NCBI RefSeq assembly: GCF_048593235.1
Contig: NC_133618.1
Location: forward strand, 18,764,468-18,828,467
Direction: 5' to 3'
Origin: Sminthopsis crassicaudata
Lineage: Eukaryota
DNA length: 64,000 bases
Shown: positions 63,155-64,000 of the stretch, piece by piece
How positions within the stretch are numbered: the first letter of the stretch is position 1
Layout of the letters: every line of letters starts with the position of its first letter
Program-made: the position numbers and the translations under genes
Notes under the pieces: model-generated
Database searches by the model: none
Told to the model about the DNA's origin: nothing
Seen by the model: the letters and a program-made list of their open reading frames with translations, nothing else

Positions 63155-63522
63155 AGCTCAGAAAAAATTAAATGATTTAGTTAGAGTTACCGTGGCCAGA
63201 CTTGGTAAAGATGGATTTTGGACTAAGTCCTGGTTCTGAGACAAGCTCTCTATTCACTTTGCCAAATTGCCACTCCATTCAATTACCCATTCAAGAATGG
63301 AGGGGAGAAAGTCTTAATTAATCAAGTCACGATGGCCTTCAGGCATTCATACTTCTCTTTCTAATCTTATCTGGTCTATGAGCTCCTAGAGAATTCATAT
63401 CAGTCTCTAGGAAATTCACTTTTTTTTCCTTGTCAGTAGAATAATTTCTTTTTAGGAAGCAAGAGATGTGATGAGAGCTAACAATTATATGTTGCCTTGA
63501 AAAATCACTTTCACAAAGTACG

Positions 63523-64000
63523 TGCATTTTGGCCTTCAATACCTTTGAATGTTATTATTATTTTCATTTTACAAGTGAGGAAACTGAGGCTGAATGAGGA
63601 CAGATGACTTATTAAGGATCACAAAATATCAGGGATAGGATTTAAATGGAGTTTTTCCAGACTTAAGTACAGGACTTTATCTGCTATCAAAACAAAATAT
63701 GGCAGCAAAAAGCATCTTAGAGAACTAAGAAACTCCCTCATCTGACAATTGTACTTTCCAAAGTATTTTACATGCATTTTGGCCTTCAATACCTTTGAAT
63801 GTTATTATTATTTTCATTTTACAAGTGAGGAAACTGAGGCTGAACGAGGACAGATGATTTATTAAGGATCACAAAATATCAGGGATAGGATTTAAATGGA
63901 GTTTTTCCAGACTTAAGTACAGGACTTTACCTGCTATCAAAACAAAATATGGCAGCAAAAAGCATCTTAGAGAACTAAGCAACTCCCTCATCTGACAATT
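63523..64000 (+). repeat. 250-bp tandem duplication containing a MIR core (second copy runs off window end)
   Basis: ggccttcaat at 63531 and 63781; 4 substitutions in ~228 compared bases. Confidence 0.96.

Overview
Repeat-dense, AT-rich, strongly CpG-depleted mammalian non-coding DNA. The repeat complement points to an Australian marsupial, most likely a dasyurid such as the Tasmanian devil (inference from memory, no database search). It comprises WSINE1-type and MAR1-type CORE-SINEs, marsupial L1 3' UTRs, RTE, L2, L3/CR1, ERV LTRs and OC1-like hAT MITEs. Three sized N-gaps suggest a short-read scaffold. I found no protein-coding gene, RNA gene or CRISPR array that I can support. The ORF-track peptides trace to repeats (L1 ORF1/ORF2 remnants, SINE and LTR frames), low-complexity tracts, gaps or chance. 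The window looks like an intron or gene desert with a few CpG-retaining, enhancer-like unique blocks (about 12.4-12.85, 30.7-31.3 and 57.3-58.1 kb). The unusual structure is retroelement-related. One LTR family occurs four times: an inverted ~93% identical pair 6.3 kb apart, a fold-back copy with the same U3 end at both termini, and a copy that stops at the same U3/R-like point as the fold-back copy's forward segment. Several LTRs retain tRNA primer-binding sites with no recognisable coding body, including a tandemly duplicated tRNA-Lys PBS inside an imperfect TSD. There are also recent local duplications (326 bp dispersed, 250 bp tandem, 39 bp x3). I do not see evidence for a novel multi-gene system. 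Boundaries of old repeats are approximate, and identities are hand counts.
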